A stretch of DNA of 64,000 nucleotides from Phoronis australis (GCA_002633005.1 NMRA01000758.1:62001-126000), one strand, 5' to 3'. Numbered from the stretch's first letter, positions 41,335 through 53,673 are shown. A program made the numbers and translations. The notes: generated from the letters alone by a model not told the origin.

Positions 41335-41769
41335 ATGGCAACATGCAATCCCGACTTAGACGAGTGCTCACCCAAGGAAGACTTCACAGGTTGATCGTTA
41401 GGTTTAATAGGCTATCAGTTCAAATCGGATTACACTGATCAAGAAATACAAGAGAGCCACTGTGAATTGCGTGCACACTGACAATGGAACACGTGGACTG
41501 AGTTCCAAAACCATTTGAATGACTTGTCATGGTGTCATTGCGCTAACTGCGCGATAATGAAAACGACTGACACTTGCGTTTGCTGCGACGAAATTCCGCA
41601 AGTGAAACGCCTTCTTGGAGAAGCGCAAAAGTGTCTCACGTACGATCCCAATTTTGCACCGCATCTAAACAGAGGTGTGCTCATGACGTTTTTTAGGGTT
41701 GGGAAAAAACTGGCAAAAACATCCTACACCCAGTGGAACAAACAGAAGCCTGATGAACGAGGTATATAA
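41335..41769 (+). pseudogene. KolX / P2X7 C-terminal-like cysteine-rich protein remnant
   Basis: MAT...GLIGYQFKSDYTDQEIQE...LSWCHCANCAIMKTTDTCVCCDEIPQV...KCLTYDPNF...LNRGVL, with an in-frame stop. Confidence 0.75.
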
Positions 41770-42024
41770 AACAATATGTTCTCATGCCTTGAATTAATTG
41801 TAATTCATTCATTTTATGTTTTCATGGCCAACAACGCCATAATCAAAAACTGACCAACAACTGATCTGCGTTTCTTTGTCTCCTGCCTGCCCGGCGAACG
41901 CAAACACACTAAATTAATTGGCAAAGCAGCTGATTTCAGCCTCAGTCTCATTTTCTGCCCTGGCATGAGTTATTTCACAAGCCGACATTCGTCAGCGAAA
42001 TCATAGACTATTAATAACGAATAT

Positions 42025-42237
42025 CTATGGTGAAATCACTGTCGACGAAATGCTGGCCACAGACACGGAGATGTTTCACTGCCTCATACTTGGTATTAAC
42101 GGCCTACTTTTCATTCTTCACTACCACGAGCCACTTCCGAAGCATTACGGGCTCTAGAGGAAATTGAAAAAAAATGATATAACCACTTTGCTCACAGCTT
42201 CACAGTTCGCACAAGAGGGAACAATACACCACACCAC
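42025..42237 (-). pseudogene. THAP zinc-finger N-terminus of a Kolobok transposase (remnant)
   Basis: VWCIVPSCANC...ISFF/QFPLEPVMLRKWLVVVKNEK*...HLRVCGQHFVDSDF, the C2CH signature with the conserved P, W and F. Confidence 0.75.
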
Positions 42238-43771
42238 AACGGCACTCACTCTGTAGAAGAACCACTGACGTCGCTGCATCGTTTCTCACATTCCTCAAAG
42301 GTTAAAGGTAACCTTTTTGCATGTCATTTTTAACAAAAATAAGGTTCGTTGATTATCCCAGACATATTTTTCATTTAATTACGGCTTTTTGTAATTTAAA
42401 CAATTACTCATCCTTTACTCAGAAAGTGACGTTTTGGGAGGCAAGTATTTCGCGCCAATTTCTTTTCATATAGTCCGACTGTGAGAGCTGCCGAGTCAAT
42501 CATTGTTCTTACTTCTGTTGGGATTATTTCGGTGGTCGTTTGCTTTTGTTTACGAGTCAGTCAATATGACACACATAATATCGAGCGTATAAGAGGTAAT
42601 GTGGATATAGACAGATTAAGACGGTAAAAAGACTAATTAAATCAGGAGGCATTCTCCTTTAAATTAAATAAGAAATCTCCCATTACGGACTGGCCTCTCA
42701 ATACGAGGCATTTTAACAGCAGAACAGAAATTCTCCCAAATGCCAGCGCAAAATGGCTGACAGCTGTTGTATATTTTCTTTCCAGTTGGCTGTTAATGTA
42801 GCCTTGATAACCAGAAAATCTATACAAATAACATTTTGAAAAGCCTGCCAGGTGTACACATGCTCAACCAAGTGATTACCTCAACAGTAACTTCAGATCA
42901 CTGAGCACTGACTCTGTATACATGATCTTTCAGTACCCTACACATGTTCTGGGGCCCCTTAGCTGATACTATCAAAAGGTGCTGGGCCTTCTTATTTTTC
43001 TTTCATACAAGTCAGTGACATATACATCGATTTCTAAATTCTGTACAACATGAAGTGAGTGAAAGAACAGACAAGTCAAATTCATTAGACACCGTCAGCA
43101 TGTCTTGGCATTTTAATGGTGACAGCTTATTTGTTCAACATACAATGACCACTTCCTGAAACACCACAACTCTGCAATATCTGATCACTCTAAAGTTCTA
43201 CACTGCTGCTGTGTTTACTCCTACTTTGCATTAATATGAGCAAGCCATTTGTCACAATAAAGTTTTTCTGTTGCCAAGTCAGTTGCCAAAGATATCAAAA
43301 AAGTTGAGTGATGTGTAATGAACGAATCAGTCAACTCCTCTCACAGGTCATGCTGCCATATTTTTTGTAAACTAGAGCAACCAAACAAAGTGCAAAAGAG
43401 GACAGTTGATGAAGGAATCAGATCTCTTTTAAAATGTAAGAATTGAAAATGTTTGCTACAAGTAATAAGACACTCGACCATTTCACAGCACCTTGCACTA
43501 CTGTTGGTCAATAAATTTGCACAATAACCACAGGAACACTGAAGATCCTATTGTATGTAGTAGGCCAAATACCACATTTATAGCTCTGACTTGGCAGATA
43601 TAAAACATTGGCTAGAATAAATTAGAATATTGTGGACTAAAACTGGTGATTGTCCAAAATATTTGACTTCTGAAACTGAATTCCTCGACCTCAAGTTAGT
43701 CAAGGATCACCTTTAGCTGAAGAGATGCAATAAAGAATGAACACATTAGATGCATTACGTTTAAGTTCTTT

Positions 43772-44065
43772 GGTTCCCAATGTTGAGACAGCATCCATTA
43801 GGTACCCATTGTTGAGACAGTATCGGATTTGGTACTAATTGAGACAGTATCCACTTGGTATCTATTGATGAGACAGTATTCATTTGGTACCCATTGATGA
43901 GACAATATCCATTTGGTACCCATTGTTGAGACAGTATCGGCATTTGGTACGCATTGTTGAGACAATATCCATTTGGTATTTATTGATGAGACAGTATTCA
44001 TTTGGTACCCATTGATGAGACAATATCCATTTGGTACTCATTGTTCAGACAGTATCCACTTGGTT
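43772..44065 (+). repeat. Minisatellite, ~29 bp x ~10
   Basis: Consensus TTGAGACAGTATCCATTTGGTACCCATTG. Confidence 0.9.
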
Positions 44066-45471
44066 TTAGCAGAGAGTAATGTAGTCCTAGGTTTTAGAAA
44101 TTCTTTGAACCATGGCAGATAATTGACCTTCAAGTCCTTATGCCAGACAGTAAAAACCACATGAAGGCATAACTGAGGAATTATTAGGTTGTTATCTGGA
44201 CCTTTTTGTCTCAATTTAGAAACCTTTGTCATTTGTAGTAGAAACCAAACAGTAGCTTCTAGCATTGTTCCAGCACAAACACAAGTTATTTCAAAATTTG
44301 ACAAACCTATCCCGATCAGACTGTTCTCCTCAACTTAAAGACTGAAAGTCTAGCTAAGCATATAAATTTATTTGAAAATCTCTGAAGGAGGGTCCCTCAC
44401 ACTGGTAGGATGGGAGAAACTCCAGTTCTGCCCAGGGAAGGTACTGAGAGATGAGAGATACTTAGTAGACAAACAGTCACACCCAGCTGGCTTTGAGATT
44501 GATCATCATGACTCATTCACACTGTCAGACTTAGATGAATACATTGTTTATGACCTTAATTCCCTTAAAATTTATATAGAAACCTAGAAAAATGAGCAAA
44601 TTTGGTTAAATTCTGAACAAAATATCTCAAAAATGACTTGTCGGGTTGATATAAAACTTTGAGATAACATGCACTGTTCTTCACAACATTGTTAGGAATT
44701 GTTTTTGAAATTTTCACTATTCCACAAATGGCTAACAAAAATAATGAGTTTCAAAATTTGCATACAAGAAAATAGCGTTTTTGAGATGTCATCTTGTACA
44801 TCTATATCAAACACCCTATCCTCAAGTTATTCTCAGATAACGTTGTACTGCAATCAATGTACCTCTCTTCCTGACGAATTTTTACTAAAAACACAAAAGG
44901 TCACGCGACCAAATTAATGGCAGATTGGTATGAAGGTAAAAATCAACTTGTACAGACTTTAGGCTCTCAGAAATATGAACATTTAAATCTACAGCTTTGT
45001 AGATATTGGGCTCAATACAAAGACATGTCAATAAGGGTCTAGGCACTGTAGCCTGCCTCATTAGGATTAACACACTTCTGAGGCAAGGTGGAGAAGTCAA
45101 GAATGATTAATCATGACTCATGTTTTCAAACATTTTTATCCCTACATTGCAGTTCATATGTAACAGCAACCACATCAAAACGGCAATGACATTAATTTTA
45201 ATGAAAAATAGTGATCTGTGCAGCAGGTGTTTTAAACTAAGGGGAAAGCACCCTACTGACCACCAGCATTGTGGGTTAAAACCATAGAATAAGAGATGGC
45301 GCTAGAGTTGCATTTTAGCGTTATGACATAGCAACACAAAAACAGTAAAAACAGCAACTACAACATAGCAGTAGACAAGTATGTATGTAAATGCCAATAA
45401 TGATCTAGTACTTCTAAGTCCTGTCCACACACAGCCTACCCTAGCACATATTGAACTAGTGTAAGTTACCC

Positions 45472-45511
45472 CACACGCACACACACACACGCGCACACTT
45501 ACACACACACA
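45472..45511 (+). repeat. Interrupted (CA)n microsatellite
   Basis: Read directly. Confidence 0.85.
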
Positions 45512-46904
45512 TCTGATAACTAGGATAAGGCAGAAGTTGTCCCTCTGTGCGTGACAATGAACAGCTAAATGTGAATATAGGGTGCACAAGAAGACCAGTC
45601 TGTATGTAACAACAGCTAATACATGCTTCTGCCTTGCCCCAGGTTTGCAGTCACACAGTGATTAGAAGTGGTGCAAGTTACCCTAGAAAAAGTTACCGTA
45701 TCTCAATAAGGTGAAGTAAGTTGTTTCAAGTGCGATAAGTTGCACTAGTTTAAATAGCGTTCACATAGCCACCAAACCTAGCGACAACTTGTTCCCACAG
45801 CCACCAAATCTAGCGACAACTTGTTCCAAAAGTAACTTGTTCTAGGGTAAGTATACCACTTAAGTCTTAAGCAGGGTAAGGCTGAGTGATCTGCTATATG
45901 CTCAACAAATGTCACGGTATTTAAATTTAATCTTGTCATGTCCAACAAGAACCATGTCATGATGCCTTGAATTAATGACTTTAATTTAAACACAGCAATC
46001 AAGAGCAGCCAATGGATCGATTCATCACTCATTCTTTTCTAAGCAGAAACACAGAAAAGCTTCTCCTTTAAAATCAAATTTTCTCTGGCATTGAATGCTC
46101 GAAGTCTATTACCAGCAAATGCCATGAGGCTGCATTATTTGGTTCTGCTCTATGCGCACATCGTATTTGAAGCTGCGCATAACTACTTAAAAAGCACATG
46201 CCCGCCTAACTTTTACCATTTTATTCAAAAGCCTCACAAATGTATTCCCGTTACTGTTTAAGGCAGTGACCTGGCAACTCTGTAATATTACGCTAAATAC
46301 AGACTTGTTGATAAAGTTCTACATGACTTAGAGAGACCTTTGAAAATTTTCAGTTTTGTCCAACTTGAGAACATCATAACTCAGCACTGATTCATGTGAA
46401 ACTTCCATTTATTATGCTCTATGCACTGTTCTCAAAAATGCCTTTAGGAATTGTTTTGAAATGTTCCATTTTCACACGAGAGACTGTCAAAAAATAGGAT
46501 TCATATGAATTCTGTGAAAAAATTTACAGTTGCTTAAAACGAAAACTGAACATTATTGTGACTTTATTTTGAAGATTTATATTATATGAAATTTGGTCTT
46601 GTTATTCATCTTGATGTTTTGCTATGAAGTTATGATTGTAACTTCCTATTTTCTTAAATTTTACTACAAACTTGATCCCTTGTACCTATTAATAGCAGAC
46701 TGATATGAAGTAAACAGTCAAATTCTACGAAATCTCTGCTTTCAGAAAATATATACTTTTGCTTTGTTACTATAGTATAGTTTGGTAACAAACTTCGTTG
46801 AAAATATGACTTAACTTTCTGTTTGAAAGCTTGAAACAATCTTTCTTCAGGTGTGCAGCTATGTAGTAAAACACCGAGAGACATAACAAACAAACAAATT
46901 AAAA

Positions 46905-46948
46905 CACTAGCTATATTTCGAGACTTCATGTCTCATCATCAGGCAATA
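46905..46948 (-). ncRNA. Minimal type I hammerhead ribozyme-like motif (inverted copy)
   Basis: Minus strand reads UAUUGC-CUGAUGA-U-GAGAC(augaa)GUCUC-GAAA-UAUA-GCUAGUG. Confidence 0.5.
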
Positions 46949-46965
46949 AGTTGTGGGCTTCCTAC

Positions 46966-47009
46966 CATTGCCTGATGATGAGACATGTAGTCTCGAAATA
47001 TAGCTAGTG
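46966..47009 (+). ncRNA. Minimal type I hammerhead ribozyme-like motif
   Basis: CAUUGC-CUGAUGA-U-GAGAC(augua)GUCUC-GAAA-UAUA-GC(U)AGUG: conserved core, 5-bp stem II, plausible stem I and a palindromic minimal stem III. Confidence 0.55.
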
Positions 47010-48192
47010 TTTTAATCTGTTTGTTTGTTATGTCTCTCGGTGTTTTACTACATAGCTGCACACCTGAAGAAAGGAGGCTGTTCCTATAATACAAGTGAAT
47101 CAGTATCAAGCTTTCAAACAAAAGGTTTAGTTGTGTTTTCAACAAATTCTATAACTAAAACTGTACAGACTTGTCACTAAAGCCCTACATAACCTTATGT
47201 GGGCCAGTCACTGTTCTATTTCATCTTCATTCTTTTCTACACAGAGAGATGAAACAAAAAGATGACTCAATCAATAGACTAGCAAGGTTCAACTTATTGA
47301 AACTGCTGGGGAAATTCAATTACTAGCCGTTTGTATGCTGTGATGGTGTTATCACAGAAAACTAATAACATAGAGCAAGAGAAAACAAGCTGAATAGACA
47401 AGTGTTCACTTTCCCACGGCAAAAAAATGGATGATGGCAAATCAGCTCAGTCCATGTAAATGTGGTCTTGTTCTAATGAAGGTGAAATGAAATGGAACAG
47501 TGTGAAAAAGATGTCTCTGTTATAAGCCCTTTCCTTATGATAACCAATATTTTAAAACACACTCGGCAATTATTAAGCAAAATCTAAATTGCCAATGGCA
47601 AATATGTTTGCTGGGTGGCAGAAACTTTACCTGCAAATGCAATCAATGAACTGAACTCAGTCCATAATGCAATCAAGGAAAATTAGGAATGCAAACTTCC
47701 TGTACAGAAATCTATGAGAGGTTTCCATGCCAATACTTTTTAAAGATGACACGGCATGAGTTGTGGGTACAGTTATATTATGGGAGTCAAACCATTCAGA
47801 GCAGAATATAGCAGTGTAGATATGCTGTCTTAAGTAACCAGAGATTTATCTGTTAAATGTCAATAGCATAACACAGCTTTAATCATTTAGTGCACAATAC
47901 ATGATCTGCGTATTAGTCTTTTATATAGAGACATATTTATTTGAAACAATTGTGTTCCATATTGTTATACATACGCATGAAAAAAATGTTGCTGCATACA
48001 TGATCGGCCAGGTCCCTGTGTGAGGTACGCATAGGAAGTTATTTTCAGCGGAGTCACGTAGGGTAGCGTACTGTTGTGAAGGCATTACCTACAGTACCAT
48101 GGTGTTGCATAGATTTGCATACGTTTGTGTTGAAGTGCATAACAACAGTGCACTTTCTCCGTTCCATCTAATCACTGACCATATCATTACAG

Positions 48193-48537
48193 CCAGCTTG
48201 GTGCATAACATCTGTGACAACACCAGTACACCACTGACAGACCAGCAAGGATTCATCGCATCACCCAACTACCCCAACAACTACCCACCATCTCTCAAAT
48301 GTCACCTCAAGGTACAAGTTGACCAGGGTCAAACGTTAGAGTTCCATGTCATAGACTTAGACCTGCTTGACTCTAAATTTCGTGACTGTCTGATGATGAA
48401 TGACCATATCAGCAGTCATACCTGGTGTAACAGATTCGCAAACGAAAAGGTATTTCAGTCGAGGAGTAACAAAGCAAGTATCAGGTTCACCACCAATGAC
48501 CAACAGCAAAGTAAAGGCTTCTGGATGTATTATAAAG
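48193..48537 (+). CDS. Gene C exon 3: CUB domain
   Basis: Acceptor cattacAG, donor G|GTAAGT, phase 1-1. Reads C...QQGFIASPNYPNNYPPSLKCHLKVQV...DLDL...DCL...WC...FQSRSNKASIRFTTNDQQQSKGFWMYY. Confidence 0.92.
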
Positions 48538-50066
48538 GTAAGTAGGTCCAATACACCTAGACATGTCCATATTGTCGTGTGAAAGAGCCAACCAAAGTTT
48601 AACCAAAAAAGTGATACTGGGAGTCATTGTGCAAATCTCTATAAGATGGCCAACAATCACATTATTTATATAAAGATTGTCAGGGTTGAGTAATCTAACT
48701 GTTGGTCTGTTTGAAAACGGGAATTTCTGAAAGAGAATCCACTGCAGGTTTCAGAAAAGCAACTAACACTATTCATAACTGAAACATTTTTTACAAAAAT
48801 TATATCGATGGGGAGGAATTAATAGTGCTCCAACATCAAATATCAGATCCAAGCGTAGACTGAAATACAACTATTCTCATTTCCAGGAAATGTCAGAGCA
48901 CATAGTATGCTGACATACACCCACTACCACAAAAGTGTCATTGGACATTTGACAAGCATTGGCATTCAAACATAGTGACCAATAGACTGGATTATTTACA
49001 TAAGGAGTAGCCACTCACTAATACTAATGAAGGACTAATTAGTGCTGACTAAATGTCAATAGTTGTTAACTTGAGGCTAATGAGTCAACAAAGACTAGGT
49101 CATGTAACACCAACAAGTCAATAGGTATGTACCTATACCAGATACAACAACACTCACTTAGCCTTCAAATCAATAAACAACACCATATAAACTTGCGTAA
49201 GGTAAACACATGCAGCCAATAACCCCCACCAGCCTAGCCAGGTCCTGGAAGGGACCTCACGTGCCTGCCACTAAGTTAAGTACAATGTATTGATTTCTCC
49301 GTTTTATGACGTAGGCTTGTACTTGACACATCTAAAAGTCCTTTATCATTCGCTACTTGCACACTTTGGAGGCGCTGCAAAAATGATTGTTGTTTAGGCA
49401 CAACGCCTCATTTTAGCAATTTTAACAATACAAACATGAAAGTATGCAGGTTCCAAACATGCAGAACCATTGTAGCTGGGACATAACACCTCGTTTTCAA
49501 GTACAATGGCGAATTCGTGCAAGTAGTGAATACGGTTAACTCCGCTACTTTCAAAGCTTCGATGTTAACTATAGTTAACCGAGAAGTTATGAGTTAGTAT
49601 TCCCATCATCTTCCCAGTTGTTGAGAAAACTAGTTCAACATAGATATAAAATATACAAAAAATACATATAAACATATATTTTATGATAAATAAATTTTTT
49701 GCGCGTATCAAGTCAGTACCACATTCTCAAACCTGAATTCCAAAGCGTGTGAGGGTTGGTTCTCCTAATAGAATACAAGCATGTAAGGCTTGGACAAAAA
49801 GTTGACAATCTTTGCAACCACGACAAGTTTGTTTTGTACATCAATGAGTTTCAAGTTGATTTAGTAACTTCCACTCACGGTATTAATGATAAAAACAGAG
49901 GTTTGAAATGATGTTGTCAATGACAAAGATAAATCACTAATGCTAATCGTTGCTTACATGTAGAAATTCAAAACTAAAAAATGGATGAAATCAGTGTACT
50001 TTAGAATTCAGAGTGACTCTGAAAATTCAAGGAGTTTGATCAAACATTCAGTACTGCTATTTTCAG

Positions 50067-50330
50067 CCAGTCCACCAAGACGAGGTAGAAACCAGAACAC
50101 CACACCATTTATACGGACAACTCCAGCCCAAACAACTACAGGAGGCATTGTAAGAGTGCCCACATTCACAACCAATGAAGTTCCCCCAACAACGACAACC
50201 ACGCAAACAGTGACGGACAGAAAAACAGAGACAGAGTCAGAAACAAAAAAGAGTCAAAAGAAAAATGTATCCAACAGCTCACAAAACAAGCAACATGGAT
50301 CTAATGAGACATCAGACACATTGCCAATAG
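50067..50330 (+). CDS. Gene C exon 4: Thr/Ser-rich stalk
   Basis: Acceptor ttttcAG, donor G|GTAAGC, phase 1-1. Reads ASPPRRGRNQNTTPF...TSDTLPI. Confidence 0.85.
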
Positions 50331-50625
50331 GTAAGCATATATTCATGGATTGTTGGTTGAAATGAATGTAGTTAATAATGGGTTAAAAAACACCAACTTG
50401 TTCCAACAGACTTAAAGGGTGTCTTTGACAAGCGAACACTCAGTAATCTGCTGTCAGTCAGTTCGTGAAAGACTAACACTGTGTAAGTTGGCTGCTGTCA
50501 TTTTTTATTCTCTCTTATATTGGAAGTGCTAAGTTATCGTTAACATTAAGCCAGATGAACTAATATATATCTGCTACTTATCCTCCAATAATACATCTAG
50601 GTTAATCAGCAACGCTTCATTTCAG

Positions 50626-50756
50626 GAACAATAATTGGTGCCGTACTTGGAAGTCTTGTGCTCATAATGGCCATATTAGTGGCTTTGCTTGTCGTAAGGA
50701 GATTGAGAGAAAAGCGGCAGAAACAATCAGACTCCCTTCACATGATCTTCACATGA
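50626..50756 (+). CDS. Gene C exon 5: transmembrane helix and short tail
   Basis: Acceptor catttcAG. Reads GTIIGAVLGSLVLIMAILVALLVV-RRLREKRQKQSDSLHMIFT*. The five exons total 1083 nt, or 360 aa plus stop. Confidence 0.85.
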
Positions 50757-51369
50757 GTGTGTAATGATCAACAAATAACAACAACAGATTTTCAACCAGA
50801 GCGAGCACGTCGCAGCCACTGAAAAAGTTCATGTGAACTTCAAATGAGTGTATACTGACCTAGTAATAACAAACGATCTTCTACCTGACTGTGCACAGCA
50901 CATTCACTAAAGAAAGTTCATGCCATCTTCATGCAATTGAGAAGAATGGGAGATAACCACTAGCAGAGCCACAACATCAGGGGTCAGTTTCATGAAATTG
51001 ACTTAAGACAAAAATTTGTACATGTGCTACCATTTCACAACTGCTGAAAAATGGTTTAGCCGAGCAATTATAAAAGCATCAAAATCTAAAAATAATTTGC
51101 ATAAATTACCTCAGTAGCCTAACGAGCAATTGTGTGCATAATTTCAGACACATTGCACTTTAGCTAAAGTGAGATTATAATTACCTTTCAGAAACAGTTG
51201 TGACGAGCGTAAGACCAAATTTCTGATTTAATTCTAAAGACACGTTTCATGAAACAGAAAACAGACGCGTGGGCAAGAATAAGTACACAACCACTTTCAA
51301 TCTACATCAGTTTAACCACTAAGACAGGAGGTTCATAACTGAAATGAGGTTTAGGCAAAAAGAGCACGT

Positions 51370-51610
51370 TAAAATCTCACCAATTTCGGACAAAAATTAT
51401 TGCTATAATTACTTATTATTCAATGTCTCTTAACATTGATGTAAATGACTCCTTTTTTTTCAAAAGCTTGTCGTTAGTGGCTGTGGTACAGAGCTTGAAC
51501 AAGGCACAACATTAGTTTGGTGCAATGTACTTTTATGGAAGAAATGAGAAAATTGAGAAAATAAACTTCAATTTGCCCGCCACCTTAAGTCCTGAATTGG
51601 TGAGACTTCA
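51370..51610 (-). mobile_element. MITE family copy
   Basis: Ends taaaatctcaccaattt and gaattggtgagacttca. Confidence 0.55.
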
Positions 51611-53309
51611 GTGAAATGGTCAGTTAATGTTCTGGAATAGAACAATGTCTCAAGACTGAGACAGATTTGGATCAACTGTTAAAATACAACATGATCTCAT
51701 TCAGCTTGGAACATCGCATGAAAACCATTATGAAAACAAGAGTGATAAGATGATAGAGGGCGCCACTAATGAAGTGCTCCCTCTCAGTCATCTAGAAATA
51801 CAACACATCACTAATTGATGAAACAGTTCAAACAATAAAAGTACCAATAATATTCAACTGAATTAAAAGGGACCACTAAATAAAGGAGTACATAAATATG
51901 CATTTGATACGTGTTGTAAGTTCTAGTTTTAGGCCAAAGTAATGACAGAAAATAGCACTTTGGCATGAAGCAATGTCAAACTTACGACACGCACACCCAC
52001 ACATTTTGTTTCCTTTCCACTGATGATGGTGTGACTTAAAACAACACATTGAAATGGGGATAGGTATTTTCTGTCGTTGTTCAAAACCAACAGCACCTAT
52101 ACTCTGTTGATATATGTCGGTTTGATTTTTCTTTAAAATTTGCATAGTCTTCATCAGGACTCTTGCTCTTTGTAAGAAAAGACTGGCTTGGAAAGAGTTT
52201 ATTAGTCATATGCAGCCATTGTATTTCCTGTTCTTTGATAAGAGAGGGGTGTGAGAGTTGAGAGATATGTGAATCGGTTTGGAGAGTCAAAATTGTCAGT
52301 GATATTGGTGACTCACATAAAATAAACATGTGTAGAGTATGAGATGATACAGTGTTACATTAGTGTAAGGACGAATTAAAAATAGTAATTATATCATGTG
52401 GCAGTCACATGCATTAATGGTGTTCGGACATCATGTGGCTGTCGCATGTACTTTGCTCACATATCATGTGACTGTCACATGTACTAATTGACCTATCGCA
52501 AGCTCTGCCCCCTTGCAAAAAGTCGACAAACAAACAATAAGTTTTACCCAGCAACATGTTGTTTGTCGGGTAAAATGAGGACTTGGAAATGAATGTGTGT
52601 CAAGAACGATGCGTTCTGATTGGTCAGTTAAGCCGTCACTCAAAATCCTGCTGATAGGTCAATTGTGTTCAGGCTGACTGACAGTCAAAATTAAACAGAG
52701 GAAATTTAATAATATTAAGCAATAATGTAAGATAGGATTGTTGTGTTTACCTAAGTGCGCTTGTATGTAAAACTATGGTTGTAACAGCTCTTAAAAAGGT
52801 GGATGGGTACAAGGCACTGTGCTCTCGGTATTAACTTGTTTTTTAAGACTAACACTGAAACCTTTAAATGGTACTTACATTTTGATTGAGAGCGTTATTG
52901 TTTCTGTTATTACATTTTTCACATATGAAAGTAAAGTATACCATTTATTTATTTATTTAACATATTAAAATGTATTTATGATAGTATATGTTATTATTCT
53001 CATTTCGTATTTTGAAGTTTGACCGTGAAACTTACAACACATTCATCACATCAAAGCTATATGCTGCACATGCTTTCTAAATCATTGGTGCACAACTTCT
53101 AACATGCAGCAGTGTTCACTAACATGTCACTGTGATTTGAGCACCCCCTTTTGGGCAGAAGAAAACACCCATTGCAGTCAAATGACCACAATACGTTCAC
53201 ACACTAACACATCTACACGTGCTCACACAAAACCTGCAGCCAGAAAGTGCCATTGGGAATTGTGATTTCAACACTAGACCCAACAAATTGTATTGCCTAA
53301 AGCTGAAAT

Positions 53310-53430
53310 GAACTGCAGTGAGCAGACCTTCAAATGCAGAGGGCAGATCTTCAACTACAGAGGGCAGATCTTCAACTGCAGTGCACAGACCTTCAACAGC
53401 ACAGGGCATATATTCAACTGCAGAGGGCAA
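53310..53430 (+). repeat. Diverged 21-bp minisatellite x ~6
   Basis: Consensus AACTGCAGAGGGCAGATCTTC. Confidence 0.85.
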
Positions 53431-53547
53431 TAGAATTTCTGCTTGTGGCAGTTTTAACTGTGGACATGCAGCCCTCAACTGCCGTACGGTGGTTTATGGC
53501 AGCAGTCAACCCCTAGCATGTGCACCTCGCACAAAAATTTGGCTTAC

Positions 53548-53673
53548 CTTGGGTTCATGACCAGCCGTCTAAAGAAGTAGGTCCACGTGATGTAGTCCAT
53601 GGCATCTTGCTTGGATTTGATGGTCCCAGCCACGATCTCAGCATTCATGTGATCCGGCAGCACCCCTAACAAG
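53548..53673 (-). CDS. ASCC3: ASCC3 exon (last one visible in transcription order)
   Basis: (S)[41 protein letters not shown], ending AG|GTAAG (phase 2). Confidence 0.93.

Larger units (their letters stand above)
40285..42658. mobile_element. Kolobok-superfamily DNA transposon, internally deleted and decayed
   Basis: TTAA|AGAAGAATGCC ... GGCATTCTCCT|TTAA, a 10/11 TIR match with TTAA TSD. Contains convergent KolX-like (+) and THAP (-) remnants. Confidence 0.8.
46841..47073. repeat. 107-bp inverted repeat with a 19-nt spacer; Penelope-like pseudo-LTR pair
   Basis: 46841-46947 is the reverse complement of 46967-47073 with 2 mismatches seen. Weaker similarity extends to about 46795 and 47148. 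Confidence 0.85.

Noticed and set aside
41515-41769. Host P2X7 purinoceptor gene
   Set aside because: No channel domain, an upstream in-frame stop, and enclosure by Kolobok-type TIRs with TTAA TSD.
53197-53560. Overlapping repeat-containing ORFs
   Set aside because: Explained by the 21-bp minisatellite.
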